A stretch of 64,000 bases of DNA, taken from positions 18,848,001-18,912,000 of the forward strand of contig OX597817.1 in NCBI GenBank assembly GCA_951406725.2, given 5' to 3'. Under the pieces are notes generated by a model. The model worked only from the letters and a program-made list of their open reading frames with translations, did not search any database and was not told the origin of the DNA. Source of the stretch: Octopus vulgaris. Lineage: Eukaryota. Both the position numbers and the translations under genes were made by a program. Below, one piece after another: positions 38,615 to 51,699 of this stretch (positions are counted from its first letter, which is position 1; every line of letters begins with the position of its first letter).

Positions 38615-40183
38615 GTTATATACCGAAACAGTTTCTATCCCAGTCGGTCATCCCGGTTTTCAAACAGGGAAACAGATCCCTCGCAGTCAACTATCGCCCA
38701 ATCTCACTTACCTCCCACATCATTAAAGTGTTTGAAAGAGTGTTAAGATCAAGGATAGCTGACTTCCTGGAGACCCACAAACTCCTAAATTCAAATCAGC
38801 ATGGCTTTCGCTGTGGCAGGGACTGTCTAACACAGCTCTTACACCACATTGAAGAGAAGATGTACTCAAAGCCTTGGGAACAGGTTCGAACTCTGACGTC
38901 ATATATCTTGACTTCAGTAAAGCGTTCGACATTGTAGACCATAACATCCTACTCTCAAAATTGGCAAATGTTGGAATCCGTGGAAAAGTTCTACACTGGA
39001 TTAAGTATTTCCTGGCGAATAGAACACAACATGTTGTAGTTGATGGAGTCCATTCAAACCCAGCAAAAGTCACCAGCGGTGTTCCCCAGGGAACTGTTTT
39101 GGGTCCGCTACTCTTCATAATTTACGTAAACGACCTTTCCAGTGTCGTACATCACTGCAAAGTGAAAATATTCGCTGATGACACTAAGCTCCAGCAAATC
39201 GTCAATGAAGAAGCAGACCGAACTCAACTCCAGTCTGATCTATATGCTGTGAGTCAATGGGCAGACAGAAACAAAATGCAACTGAATGAGGGAAAATTTG
39301 AGCTGATGCATTTTGGAAGAAATTCCTCACTAAAACAACCATACTCTCTTCCTTCAGGGGAACCGCTCACAGCCTCTAACAATATCAGAGACCTGGGTGT
39401 AATTGTTGATGACGATCTCAGTTGGAGTGCACACATCAACAAGAAGGTCGATATAGCTCGTAGGATGAGTTCCTGGATCTTAAGAACCTTCCGGTCCAGA
39501 GAACAAGGTGTCATCATACCACTTTTTTCCTCCTTTGTACGGCCACACCTTGAATACTGCTGCCCACTGTGGTCTCCTCACACAAGACAAAACATCTCCA
39601 GAATTGAGTCACCCCAGAGGGCTCTCACTAAACAAATTGAAGGCATGGCTGCTCTCGATTATTGGGATCGCCTTAAAGCCTTGAAACTTTATTCCCTCCA
39701 GCGTCGCCGTGAGCGGTATATCATTTGTACGATGTGGAAAATATACCGCCAACTTTGCCCAAACGACCTAACCATTAGCTTCAAGGTTCATCCAAGACTT
39801 GGACCACGGGCTATACGTCCCCTGCCAAATTCAAGATCACAACATACATGTACACTGCAACATAATTTCTTTTCCTCAACAGGCCCTGCCCTATTTAACA
39901 TTGTCCCGAGGGAGATCAAAGAGGAAAAGGATCCCATCAACTTTAAACAGAGTCTGGATAGATTCCTTCAAAGAATACCAGATAAGCCACCCATAATTGG
40001 ATACAACTCACCCAACAAGAACTCACTACTTGAACAAAAGTGGATACAACTCACCCAACAAGAACTCACTACTTGAACAAAACTTGACTTAAACAGGATT
40101 CGAATAATCCTCTCAGGTGGTGCTATTAAGTTAGACATGGCCTGGACCAATCTCTGGTCGAAACATATCTAAGTTTTATCTAA

Positions 40184-40190
<7 letters not shown>
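38615..40190 (+). mobile_element. 5'-truncated CR1/L2-group LINE (RT and C-terminus), young
   Basis: VIPVFKQG...NYRPISLTSHIIKVFE; QHGFR; YLDFSKAFD; GVPQGTVLGPLLF; FADD; RDLGV; RPHLEYC; LYSLQRRRER. One frameshift at 38851-38860; 3' stem-loop GACCAATCTCTGGTC and tandem TATCTAAGTTT tail. Confidence 0.95.
38874..40076 (+). pseudogene. Reverse transcriptase ORF remnant (400 aa) of the LINE
   Basis: ORF track shows uninterrupted RT motifs from YLDFSKAFD onward; no endonuclease domain and no genuine start. Confidence 0.9.
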
Positions 40191-40242
<52 letters not shown>

Positions 40243-40263
40243 TTATACACAGTCACAGACACA

Positions 40264-40307
<44 letters not shown>

Positions 40308-40440
40308 CAAGATAAGGGCAAAAGAAAAATTCTAATGCCAAATATGCCGAAAAAAAGACAAAAATTGTCAATAACCATTATAATTTATGCGTCTCGAAAC
40401 AAACTGATAGAAATTTTTAAAAAATCCGTTATTACCGTAT

Positions 40441-40500
40441 TTAGTGCTGAAGAGGGGAAAATTCTAATGAATTAACCCCGAAATTGAACCAATACCGTAA
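40441..40500 (+). ncRNA. Type I hammerhead, copy 1 (stem I disrupted)
   Basis: CTGAAGA-GGGG...CCCC-GAAA-TTG AAC CAA-TA; stem I TTAGTG/CCGTAA has two mismatches. Confidence 0.6.
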
Positions 40501-40906
40501 TAACGGATTTTTTTAGAAATGTCTGTCGGTTTGTTTCGAGAGGCATAAATTATAATGGTTATTGACAATTTTTTCTTTTTTCAGCATATTTGGCATTAGA
40601 AATTTTCTTTTGCCCTTATCTTGTAAATTATTTATAAATTTAACCTTTAAATGTATTTTTGATATGCTGGCCATTAATAAAATTTTTTTCCCGAAAAAAT
40701 TTTTATCCTACATTACTTATAAATTGAATAGTGTTCACTTCCGGATTCTCTCACTCTGTGAAAGTTTCTAGTTCGAATCACACGTGTCTTGAGATGTGCC
40801 GAAGTTTTTCTATTTTGAATATATTTGGGGTACTTAGGTCTGCTCAGGAGTCAGTGCTTGTTTTTTCCATGGGTATGAGTAAGTATTTCACTTATATCTC
40901 ACGTAT

Positions 40907-40966
40907 TTATCGCTGAAGAGGGGAAAATTCTTATGAATTAACTCCGAAATTGGACCAATACGGTAA
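40907..40966 (+). ncRNA. Type I hammerhead ribozyme, canonical core, copy 2
   Basis: Stem I TTATCG/CGGTAA (6 bp, one G-U); CTGAAGA; stem II GGGG/CTCC with inner AATTC/GAATT; GAAA; stem III ATTG/CAAT; predicted AUA cleavage after 40960. Confidence 0.8.
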
Positions 40967-41206
40967 TAACTGATTTTTTAGAAATTTCTATCGGTTTGTT
41001 TCGAGACGCATAAATTATAATGGTTATTGACAATTTTTGTCTTTTTTTCGGCATTTTGGCATTAGAATATTTCTTTTGCCCTTATCTTCTAAATTATTTA
41101 TAAATTTAACCTTTAAAGGTATTTTTTGATATGCTGGTCATTGATAAAAATTTTTTCCCAAAAAAAATGTTATCTTACATTAGTTATATATATATTTATA
41201 TATATT

Positions 41207-41503
41207 GGAGAAGACCCCGTTCGGTCATGAATTACCATGGGATAACACCTAGTTACCCTCCGAGGCACAAGTCCGTGCAAAATAGTTTGTGGAAGGCCAG
41301 TAGTCGCCCATGCATACATGTGTGGCCTCCCCTATACAGGCCATGTTATCCAGTAATGTCGCAACTCATTTCTACAGCTGAGTTAACTGGAGCAACGTGA
41401 AATAGTGTCTTGTTCAAGAACACAACCCACAGCCCAGTTCGGGAATCGAACTCACAACCTCACGGGCGTAAGCTCGACGTTCTAACCACTGAGCCATGTG
41501 CCT
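41207..41503 (-). mobile_element. tRNA-derived SINE with CORE-like centre and a third tail type
   Basis: Head and centre match 34440-34565 (GTGTTCTTGAACAAGACACTATTTCACGTTGCTCCAG); the tail differs. Confidence 0.8.
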
Positions 41504-41535
41504 TTATATATATACATATATATATAATGTATACA

Positions 41536-41600
<65 letters not shown>

Positions 41601-42004
41601 TAGCTAGGTCTCCAATATGAGTGCAATTCATTTGCTCAAATTAAGCTATAAGTTGATACTTAATCACTCACCTGTAAGTCTACTACATCCTATAGCAGAA
41701 ACAGCCGTAAGCCAATGAAGTTCATAAGATAATCGAATATTTGTTTGTCATCTAATTTTCTTATTACCGCTGTATACTCGAGTGACGCTTCGTTCTGAAG
41801 CAGAAGTATACGGAGCCCTGCACCAGATTATTAGTCTCTAGATGCCTAAGTGAAATATATAGGTGTGTGTTTGCTTGAGCGTGTGTATGTATGTGTGTGT
41901 GTGTGTGTGCGTGTGCATCACTACACTTCCAAAGTTACTTGTCATGTGTCGGGTAACTTTAGAAGTGTACTTTTGTCAACATGGATAGTATAAGAAAATA
42001 TTAG

Positions 42005-42235
42005 AAGGCGGCGAGCTGGCAGAATCATTAGCACGCTGCACAAAATGCTTATCGGTATTTCGTCTGCCGTTACGTTCTGAGTTTAAATTCCGCCGAGGTC
42101 AACTTTGCCTTTCATCCTTTCGGGGTCGATAAATTAAGTACCAGTTACGCACTGGGGTCGATATAATCGACTTAATCCGTTTGTCTGTCCTTGTTTGTCC
42201 CTTCTCTGTTTCGCCCCTTGTGGGCAATAAAGAAG
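42005..42235 (+). mobile_element. SINE group C
   Basis: Matches 23480; probable TSD TAAGAAAATAT at 41991-42001 and 42236-42246. Confidence 0.92.
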
Positions 42236-42787
42236 TAAGAAAATATGTCAACTATACAGTAATTATAATTTAAATTTACCAAATTCTTTGATACTCCTAC
42301 AAAATGATAGAAAGAAAAATATTTACCTTAAAATAAAATATATTCCAACCAATCAATGCCGGACATATTCATTTTTAATTCGTTCCGTCATCGCTGTTGT
42401 GTTTTGGCAACGGAGGACAATTTCTCTCTATTTCTCATTTGTATAACTCTCCCTATAAATACTCTGCCTTTTACTCTCTCTACTCCTTTTCCTCTTCCAT
42501 CACCAATATCACCACCTCTGTCTCTATGAGTCTTTCTCTCTCACTGTGTGCGTGTGTGTAGCGGTGGTTTACTCACTGTATGTCACCAAATCTAATATGT
42601 GTATTCATTCTGCAATCCGTTAGTTTTCTGTACCTTTGTTTTACTATCTCCCGTCCTCTGTATATCTTATGCAAATCGTGACGGGAATAGTTAGCCAACC
42701 AATCAACATTTATATCGGCTTTGTTTATTTTTATGCATGCCTGTGTGAGTGTGCGGTGTGTGTTGTTGGTATGTGTTTGTATATATA

Positions 42788-43019
42788 AGGCGGTGAGCTG
42801 GCAGAATTGTTAGCACGCCGGGCGAAATGCTTAACGGTATTTCGTTTGCCGCTACGTTCTGAGTTCAAATTCCGCCGAGGTCGACTTTGCCTTTCATCCT
42901 TTCGGGGTCGATAAATTAAGTACCAGTTACCCACTGGGGTCGATGTAATCGACTTAATACCTATGTCTGTCCTTGTTTGTCCTCTCTGTGTTTAGCCCCT
43001 TGTGGGTAGTAAAGAAATA
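42788..43019 (+). mobile_element. SINE group C with 20-bp TSD
   Basis: TSD GGTATGTGTTTGTATATATA at 42768-42787 and 43020-43039. Confidence 0.94.
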
Positions 43020-43706
43020 GGTATGTGTTTGTATATATATGTATACTTGCGTATACATGTGTATGTATACATTTACATTGTTCAAAGATCTTTTTTGGTA
43101 GTCATACATGTGTAGCATGTTATTATTAATATTATTTGAAATTTCTGTGCAACAATCTTCTCCTGTAATTGATTACATTACTTAACCCATGTACTTCATT
43201 GATATATGACTCAATTCTATTTCTGTCTATATCAATACGACTAGTGTGTCATATGTCTTAGCATTTTTGTAGCTGAATCACTCGTTTCTGAATAGATATT
43301 TCTCAATTGCGAAGAACTACTGTTACTCTTACAATATTAAGAACTATATTTAGTAGTGTAGCTAAAAGCTGTCTACAGTTTGAATGTAATATTGATAAAT
43401 ATTAGAATTTCGTCTAATAGAATTGTTAGTTTTGCCTGGTGTAGCGGTTGTTTTATGGAAAGAAATACTAACGTGATTTAAAATATGATGATTATTGCTG
43501 ACTTTTTTTTTAATGTATTCGTTTATTCGAGAAATACTGTCAGAGCAAGACTAAAAGCATCCAATTTAAATAGCAGTTTATATTTCCTCACTCGCTGTCT
43601 CATTCGTTCACATGCATACATTAGATACGTACATACACTATACACACATACACATATACGCACATATACACATATGCATGCATATATACATACATACATA
43701 CATACA

Positions 43707-43904
43707 CTTAAAAGCTCCACGAGGCTCCGGCAGGGGGTGGGGTGGCGATCCCTGCTGTACTCTGACGCCACAACTTTCTCTCACTCTTTCTTCTGTTGGC
43801 CTGCTCGCTTAGCCAGCGGTGTGGCGTCATTTGAAGGTTAAAACAATGTGAAGCGCATTGTGACCAGCGATGTGTAGCAGCATCCGATAGCCTGGTCGGT
43901 CACG

Positions 43905-43910
<6 letters not shown>
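43707..43910 (+). mobile_element. SINE group A, 5'-truncated
   Basis: Matches 37792-37990. Confidence 0.9.
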
Positions 43911-43965
<55 letters not shown>

Positions 43966-44794
43966 TGATAGATATAGATATATATATATATATTATTTAT
44001 ATGCATAGTATGTATGTAGTTATGTATATATTTATACGATGAATATATAAAGATAAATTATCCAGGTGGATATCATAAGATCTCTCAGGTGTAGTCCAGA
44101 TTCCATCTAACCATATCAGGTAAGAAGAAGCATCAAGGATCCCTTAGGGTGAGTAATCTCACTGTAATTCTTCTGATGGGTAAATTGATTATGAATATGT
44201 TGTGTCGTGTGGAACCAAACAATTACAAATACGGTAACTGTTATGTGTTCAATGCTTTATTTTTAAATTTAACAGTCTATTACAAAGCATAATTACTTAG
44301 TTAAATTGACCGACTACATTCCACCAATGTAGTCGAATCCGGTAGTGGAAACTTTTGAGTTTTAAATAAATGCTATAATATCTGGTCTTTTGGGATATGG
44401 AGTTTCCTCTCATTTTTTCCGATCAAAATGGTATGCACACCACCTCATGCGGCGTATAGAAGAACTGGGTTTTTCGATAACATTTTTTAATAATGTGCAC
44501 TCACACACACTCACACATGCATATATGCACACACACACATGCACACATACGTATGTGTGTTCGGTTGGGGAGGTGAGACTCCCTTTTGAGAAACTTAGTT
44601 ACATGTACTGTACGCTGACATGTCACATGCTAAGATATTGAAATCAAAGTATCTTGTATTTCCAACTGATAGGAGAGAAACAACTCATGACGGAGCTGCG
44701 AAGAATATCTCTGAAGATAATCCTCCTGTCACACTCAGACTCAGCTTGTGACACTAGTGGTACACTTTAAACAGATCAAAATGGTAATATGTAC

Positions 44795-45036
44795 GAAATA
44801 CCTATTTCTTTACTACCCACAAGGGGCTAAACACAGAGAGGACAAACAAGGACAAAGAAACAGATTAAGTCGATTATATCGACCCCAGTGCTTAACTGGT
44901 ACTTATTTAATCGACCCTGAAAGGATGAAAGGCAAAGTCGGCCTCAGCGGAATTTGAACTCAGAACGTAGCGGCAGACGAAATACCGCTAAGCATTTCGC
45001 CCGGCATGCTAACGTTTCTGCCAGCTCGCCGCCTTA
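44795..45036 (-). mobile_element. SINE group C, full length
   Basis: Reverse complement of the 42788 copy. Confidence 0.92.
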
Positions 45037-45039
45037 TAT

Positions 45040-47538
45040 ATGACATACCGCCCACCAGATACTCAACATCATGGAAGCTCATTCGAGGACAGCGCAAAAC
45101 GATGGAGGAAGTACTAACCAATCAAGACTTCACGGAGGCTTCAATATCCCTAATGTCGAATGACTACATGGCCGCCATCTCTCAGGTATGTTACTGCAGG
45201 AACATAGGCAAGCAGTCTCTGCTCGACTCACAAATATGCTCTTTATGCAGAAAATAGTGCTCAACCCAACAAGGAATAAACATTTTCTGAACTTCTGCTC
45301 GACAAATAATACAGCAATTATCCATAATGTTAAGGTAACACCGACTATTTTCCTCGGACCATAACTGCATAGGACTAACAATGTATGGTCTGCAGAGAAC
45401 TGCAGACATGAAGGCTATTAGAGACGCTGAACCCTTTTTATAATTTGAACTTTCATAAAACTGATTGATACGGTATTCAGAAAGAGGTCATGGAACAAAA
45501 CTGGTCTTACAGTGTCTGTAAGTAAGATAATGACATCAAGCTACAGAACTTTATGACAATCAAGCATGATTATGCATTAAATTTGCTCCAGAGTGTATGT
45601 CAAACCGACAGAAAAGCATAATTATTGGGAATAGTATGCTTCATATGAAACGACGATCATTCAAATGAAACCGTCTAAATGGGCCACCAAAGGATAAATG
45701 TTACCTGATTTTGAAATTAAACGCCCCATGAAAATGAATGGGCAGAGAAAGAAGCCGGGGCTGTAAAACTGTAATTTAAAATCCTAACGTCTTCTATAGA
45801 TTCGCAAAAGAGTCTGCTTTAGAATGATATAAGATAGGGACCTTGTTCGAAGAAAATGGCTCACTGACTGCAGACACCCAAAGGATAAGTTAAATACTGG
45901 ATGTGCTATTCAGACGTTTCTCACAACTCCGTTGGCACGCTTGCCAATAGCTGTGCCTGATGAGTTCTTTAGCACAAAAGCTCTACAGAAAGAAATGGCA
46001 ATTATTAGTTACTTCGAAATAGAGGAAGTTGATGTGATATCAGCCATTGATGAAATGAGCTTAAACTTAGCCACTGGTCCGGATGGATTCCCACCAATCA
46101 ACCTAAAGGAATACAAAATGATTTTAGCAAGAGCGCTACAGATCCTCTTCCAAAGCTTCTCTGCAATAGGGAGACCTTTCAGAAAGTTAAAGGAAGGCAT
46201 ATAAAGAGGGTAGCAGGACGGATCTTAAAAATTATAGGCCTGTCTATCTAACCTCCCATGCTTCTAAAGGTATGGAAGGCATTGTCAGATGGAAGCTGAT
46301 CACGTTCCTAGAAGAGGATGAGTTGAAACCTGAGACCCAATACAGCATTATGACTGGGTGTTGAAAAAACTTATGAACCACTAATAGGAGGAATTGGTAT
46401 ATCTCTTATTTGCAGTGTCTTTCGAGAAGGTAGAACATGGGGTGATATGTAACAAGCTACGGAGACTAGGCATAGTCGGAAAACTGGGATGGTGGTTACA
46501 TTACTTCTTAAAAGACTGAACCTGGGATGTGGAATCCAATGGAGTCGTCTCCGAACAGACTGTAATAGTGAGTGGAGCGCCTCGGGGGAACTGTATCGGA
46601 GCCACTGTTGAGTATCGTGGCTAATTTGGATAGACCATAAATTGCAGAGAACCACATTTACTTTTGATGCTAATCTTTTTGATGCTAATGCTTTGATGCT
46701 AATCTTTTTGAGAAAGACATGGATGTCATAATTGGGCTGAAGAAAATGACATGAAACTTAATGCAAGTCAATTCCAAGCTTTCCACTATGAGCTAGCTTG
46801 TGGTAATTTGCTGCAACAAAGATACTTTGGAACAAAAGAAGCGGCAATCCTCGAGTTAGGTACAGTGCTTCAACTGGGGGTCGATATAAGCAAAAACGCC
46901 TCGTTCTTCCTGCCAAGATGGTAGCAATGTGTAGGCGAATGGCTCGGTAGATTCTGAGAAATTCCAGAGCAAGGAGTAGGAAACTATGCTGGTTCTATGG
47001 AGGGAATTTGTCCTCACCCACCTACTACTGCTGTCAATTGTGTTTACCCCACAGCGTCAAAGGAATAGCTGAAATGGGGGGGGGGCATTTAAGCAATGTG
47101 GAATTTTGCATCAGTGGACAATTGAGATAATAGAAGAGACGAGAATGATATACAATAATATACGTATGAAAAATTATGGAAGACTTGGCAGAAAGGTATA
47201 CCGGCACCCAAACTGGACGTCACTGCACCTTTCAAAATCTCAGACATCACGTCAAGATTGAGGACGATATATTGCAATACCTTATGATTCAAGAATCCAC
47301 GGGTACTTAATACCTTGCCAAAACGTCTCAGAGATCGACATGGAGTAGGGGCACATATTCTCAAGGAACAACTTGATGTCCTGCTGTCCAAATTCCCAGA
47401 TTAACCTACATCATAGCAAGAAACTCAGAAGACATTTACTATGAAAAAAAAATGCCCATTAAAAAGCGGGATAATAAAGGCGACGTCTCAGCATGGCCGC
47501 AGACTTTGTATTGAATGCATAAAAGAGTAAAAGAATAA
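45040..47538 (+). mobile_element. Old decayed CR1/L2-group LINE (endonuclease end, RT, 3' tail)
   Basis: PTRNKHFLNFCSTNNTAIIHNVKVTPTIF (APE C-terminus); DVISAIDEMSLNLATGPDGFPPINLK; KNYRPVYLTSH; SGAPRG; many stops; tail ends TAAAAGAGTAAAAGAATAA. Confidence 0.85.
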
Positions 47539-47540
47539 GG

Positions 47541-47582
<42 letters not shown>

Positions 47583-48068
47583 CTAGGGTGTTAAAAGAAA
47601 AAATATTCCTTTGCTAGAAGCAAGATCTAAAATGCTCTAATGCTCTAGTTAACTCACATGAATGAAAACATACCCTAACAGGAATCATAATTGTCCAAAG
47701 AGTACCGATCGATCAGTGTCAGCAATTCCATTTGCCATCATCATTTACGCCAGCTCGGTGTTCAGCCATTTCCGGACCTATTTCGCTATTAGCATATATG
47801 TATTCCTCACCCAAATTAATTGATGATTATGCGATTCGCTAATATGAATGCAGAAAATTAATGTAAGCAGTAGGTTGCAATTTTTCACCAAAAACTAGAA
47901 TTATACTTGTTACTAAAGAATTCTAAATAATTGTCTTAAAAATTATTGGTCGGTATATTCCAGACAAATATGGTCCCTGTTAAGGTATGTTTTCATCCAT
48001 GAAATACAGCATTAAAGCATTTCACCTATTATTTCTAGCAATGTAGGTCCTTTTTAACGCCTTACTCA
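47583..48068. repeat. Diverged foldback (arms of about 125 bp)
   Basis: 47583-47712 resembles the reverse complement of 47945-48068, e.g. ATGAAAACATACCCTAACAGG / CCTGTTAAGGTATGTTTTCAT. Confidence 0.7.
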
Positions 48069-48133
48069 TATTTAGTGACAATTATAATTCACCTTTTTGG
48101 TGAGACACACTGCTGTTTACATTGATTATATAA

Positions 48134-48218
<85 letters not shown>

Positions 48219-48241
48219 TATAAACATATATATATGTATAA

Positions 48242-48511
48242 GTGGAGGCGCAATGGCCCAGTGGTTAGGGCAGCGGACTCGCGGGCGTTGTGAGTGTTTA
48301 TTGAGCGAAAACACCTAAAAGCTCCACAAGGCTCCAGCAGGGGAGGGGGTGATCCCTGCTCTGTATTCTTTCACCACTCTTTCTCCCACTCTTTCTTCTG
48401 TTGGCCTGCTCGCTTAGCCAGCGGGTGGCGTCATCCGAAGGCTAAAACAATGCGAACGCATTGTGACCAGCGATGTGTAACTACATCTGATGGACTGGTC
48501 GGTCACGTGAT

Positions 48512-48519
<8 letters not shown>
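48242..48519 (+). mobile_element. SINE group A (B-box region deleted)
   Basis: Matches the 37700 copy. Confidence 0.92.
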
Positions 48520-48574
<55 letters not shown>

Positions 48575-48884
48575 AATGTAAAAAAATACAAACTGGGACA
48601 AGAACGTAAAACATTTAGAAGACGATACAAAAAACACGGATGGGACATTCGAAGCCTTCAATCTTCAGTCAAGAACCGGATCATCTTCGCAATTTCGGCT
48701 GATATATTTATTTATATATATTTATTTATATATATTTTACAAAATATTTCACGTAAACCCGTAGTTTCTACCTTTAAAACAAGGAGTTACAACCTTTTTA
48801 CTTGTGTGATTTTTTTGCTAGCCAGGTAACTAATTATATTTTTTCCCGTGTTAATTGTTAACAAGGGAAAAGTACAAACCTCTA

Positions 48885-48923
<39 letters not shown>

Positions 48924-48935
48924 ATATATATATAC

Positions 48936-48983
<48 letters not shown>

Positions 48984-50371
48984 ATATATGTATACACATT
49001 GATACATAAGTATAAATGTCCATTCTTTCCAGTTACCTTTTGCAGATATTTGTACGAAGCGAAATGTAGAAATAAATTAAAATGTAAATTGTTTGAAATG
49101 ATTTATAATTTTCGGGTATAATTGATGGAAATTCCATTCCAAGTAGCAAAGCGTGGTTTCTGATGGAGAAATTTTTACATGAATGGTTACGTGGCTTGTA
49201 TTTAACGTTTTAGATTTGCTTATTCGTTTAAGCATTAGTCTTCTGCCAAAAATCATTTACGCTAAAAATTTTAGTATGCAAATTATGTGCATGCAACATA
49301 ACATGGCATTGGATAAAATTGCACTTGTATGAACACATATTAGCAAAAACACGCACACACACACACACACACACACAAACACGCATATATATATATTACT
49401 GTTATTTTTTAATCTAATTAATCGATCAGTGAATATTCTGGAAGTATCAGTTTGGTTAAATGATAGGTTCATAAATCAGTAAAATTTGGAAACATTAATC
49501 TGAATTATTTTTTCCTTTAAATTATAATTATATATTTTTTTTCCTCTAAAGGAATAAATTCTTGTGAATCCGAATTGAAATTCATTTTAATTTAAGTACC
49601 CAGTCGAGGGAAGGTTTCCCAGAGCACCATTGTTATACGAATCTTTTACAAACATTCTTTCCTTCTCATTCACGCGTACACGCACAAACACACACTGACA
49701 CAAATTTATACACAGACACCTACGAACACAATCAGACACCTACGAACACAATCATATGTTTTGTTTTATCAAATGTTTAGACACTGTAATCTCTTTAGAA
49801 AAGTTGGGTACGTGTTAATATATATATTTAGCAGTAAATGCACATACGGAACAACCCAGATACCCAGACGCATACAGAAAAAAAGACCCACAAAATAAGC
49901 ACAGACACATATATGCATGTATAAGCAAATACACGGGCATAAATACACACACGCACATGCACACAAGCACGCACTCACACACATACACAGAAGCAAATAC
50001 ACACACATACACAAAAACACACATAGACATATATTCAGTTGTACATGTTTCACATGCAAAATGAGGTGTATGAGGCCAAGTGTTGAAATACATAAAAATC
50101 ACGTCGTGGAAGATTCATTAAAAAACAAACAAACTAGGAAATAACTCTTATATTAATCAGTTACTTATTTTGTATTGTGAAGTAACAAAACTTTGCCTTG
50201 CTCTTTCTCGAAGAGTTCTGTGAAAGTATTCAGCATTCTAATTCATTTCTGAAAAGGACGAACGGACATTCTATCACTACCCAGGTCGCTTATTACTCCA
50301 CCTCCGGTATTCGAGTACTATGCTTTCCCAAATTGCTTTACATTTATGTGTTCCTCGGGTGTGTGTGTGTT

Positions 50372-50460
<89 letters not shown>

Positions 50461-50467
<7 letters not shown>

Positions 50468-50632
50468 GTATAAAACTGAGAATGTGTGTCCGTCTGTCCG
50501 TCTGTCTGTATGTATGTGTGGATCACTAAAATTTGAGAACTACCCAACGGAATTCATTCAAATTTTTTTCACATGCCTTATTCAGGGACCATACAGTATC
50601 ATGGGCCAAATGAATTAATGCGAACCCGGAGC
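50461..50632 (+). mobile_element. Possible 5' fragment of a non-autonomous Helitron
   Basis: TCTAGTATAAAACTGAGAATGTGTGTCCGTCTGTC resembles the 5' end of the 9102-9398 element in organisation; no 3' end is seen. Confidence 0.4.
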
Positions 50633-51227
<595 letters not shown>

Positions 51228-51384
51228 CTCTTTTACATACTAAGTATGTTTACCTGCTGGAAATAACAGTCAAAATACTTATTTAACTCGCCAAAATACA
51301 CTGATAGTAACTACCGAAATCAACCGTCCGAAGGCTAACAGGCTAAGACAATCTCTCAACGTACATTTAAGTATTTGAACTCAC

Positions 51385-51699
51385 GTGGACTGGTTTCTGT
51401 ACTGGCAAAAATAACCTCAGCTTCTCAGCACGCGTTAGCATGATAGAGACTCCCAGCCCGTCGTGTTGAAATCTGCGTTGCGACTGATTCGTTTTGCGCC
51501 GAAAGTATAGCAGCCACCAACTGAAAATTTTCTCCATGACAAGACAGAATGAATGCCTTTCGTACGGTTTCGAGTATGCCTGGAGTATATTTGAACCAGC
51601 ACCAATTTTGTATTTATACCAGATATTATTTAGCGCTTTCATTCCGAGTGTGGCTAATTCATCGTCACCAATGATTGTATGACAAAGGGAAAGGAACAA
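51385..51699 (-). other. Candidate host-gene exon (possibly a first coding exon)
   Basis: Non-repetitive, CpG-richer block; a 110-codon ORF with a consensus donor CAC|GTGAGT in phase 0 just before its stop. No homology recognised. Confidence 0.25.

Larger units (their letters stand above)
40304..41190 (+). mobile_element. Non-coding 466-bp tandem unit with two hammerheads plus an inverted 5' segment (retrozyme-like or non-autonomous Penelope-like)
   Basis: 40447-40720 repeats at 40913-41190; 40304-40441 is the reverse complement of about 40491-40627; flanked by (TA)n. Confidence 0.85.

Noticed and set aside
44055-44125. Possible plus-strand micro-exon (CAG|...ATCAG|GTAAGA)
   Set aside because: Weak polypyrimidine tract; such matches are expected by chance.
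48585-48700. Minus-strand CTGAAGA-TTGAAGGCTTC-GAATGTC hammerhead-like string
   Set aside because: It lacks the full GAAA and a workable stem III or stem I; probably a repeat fragment.
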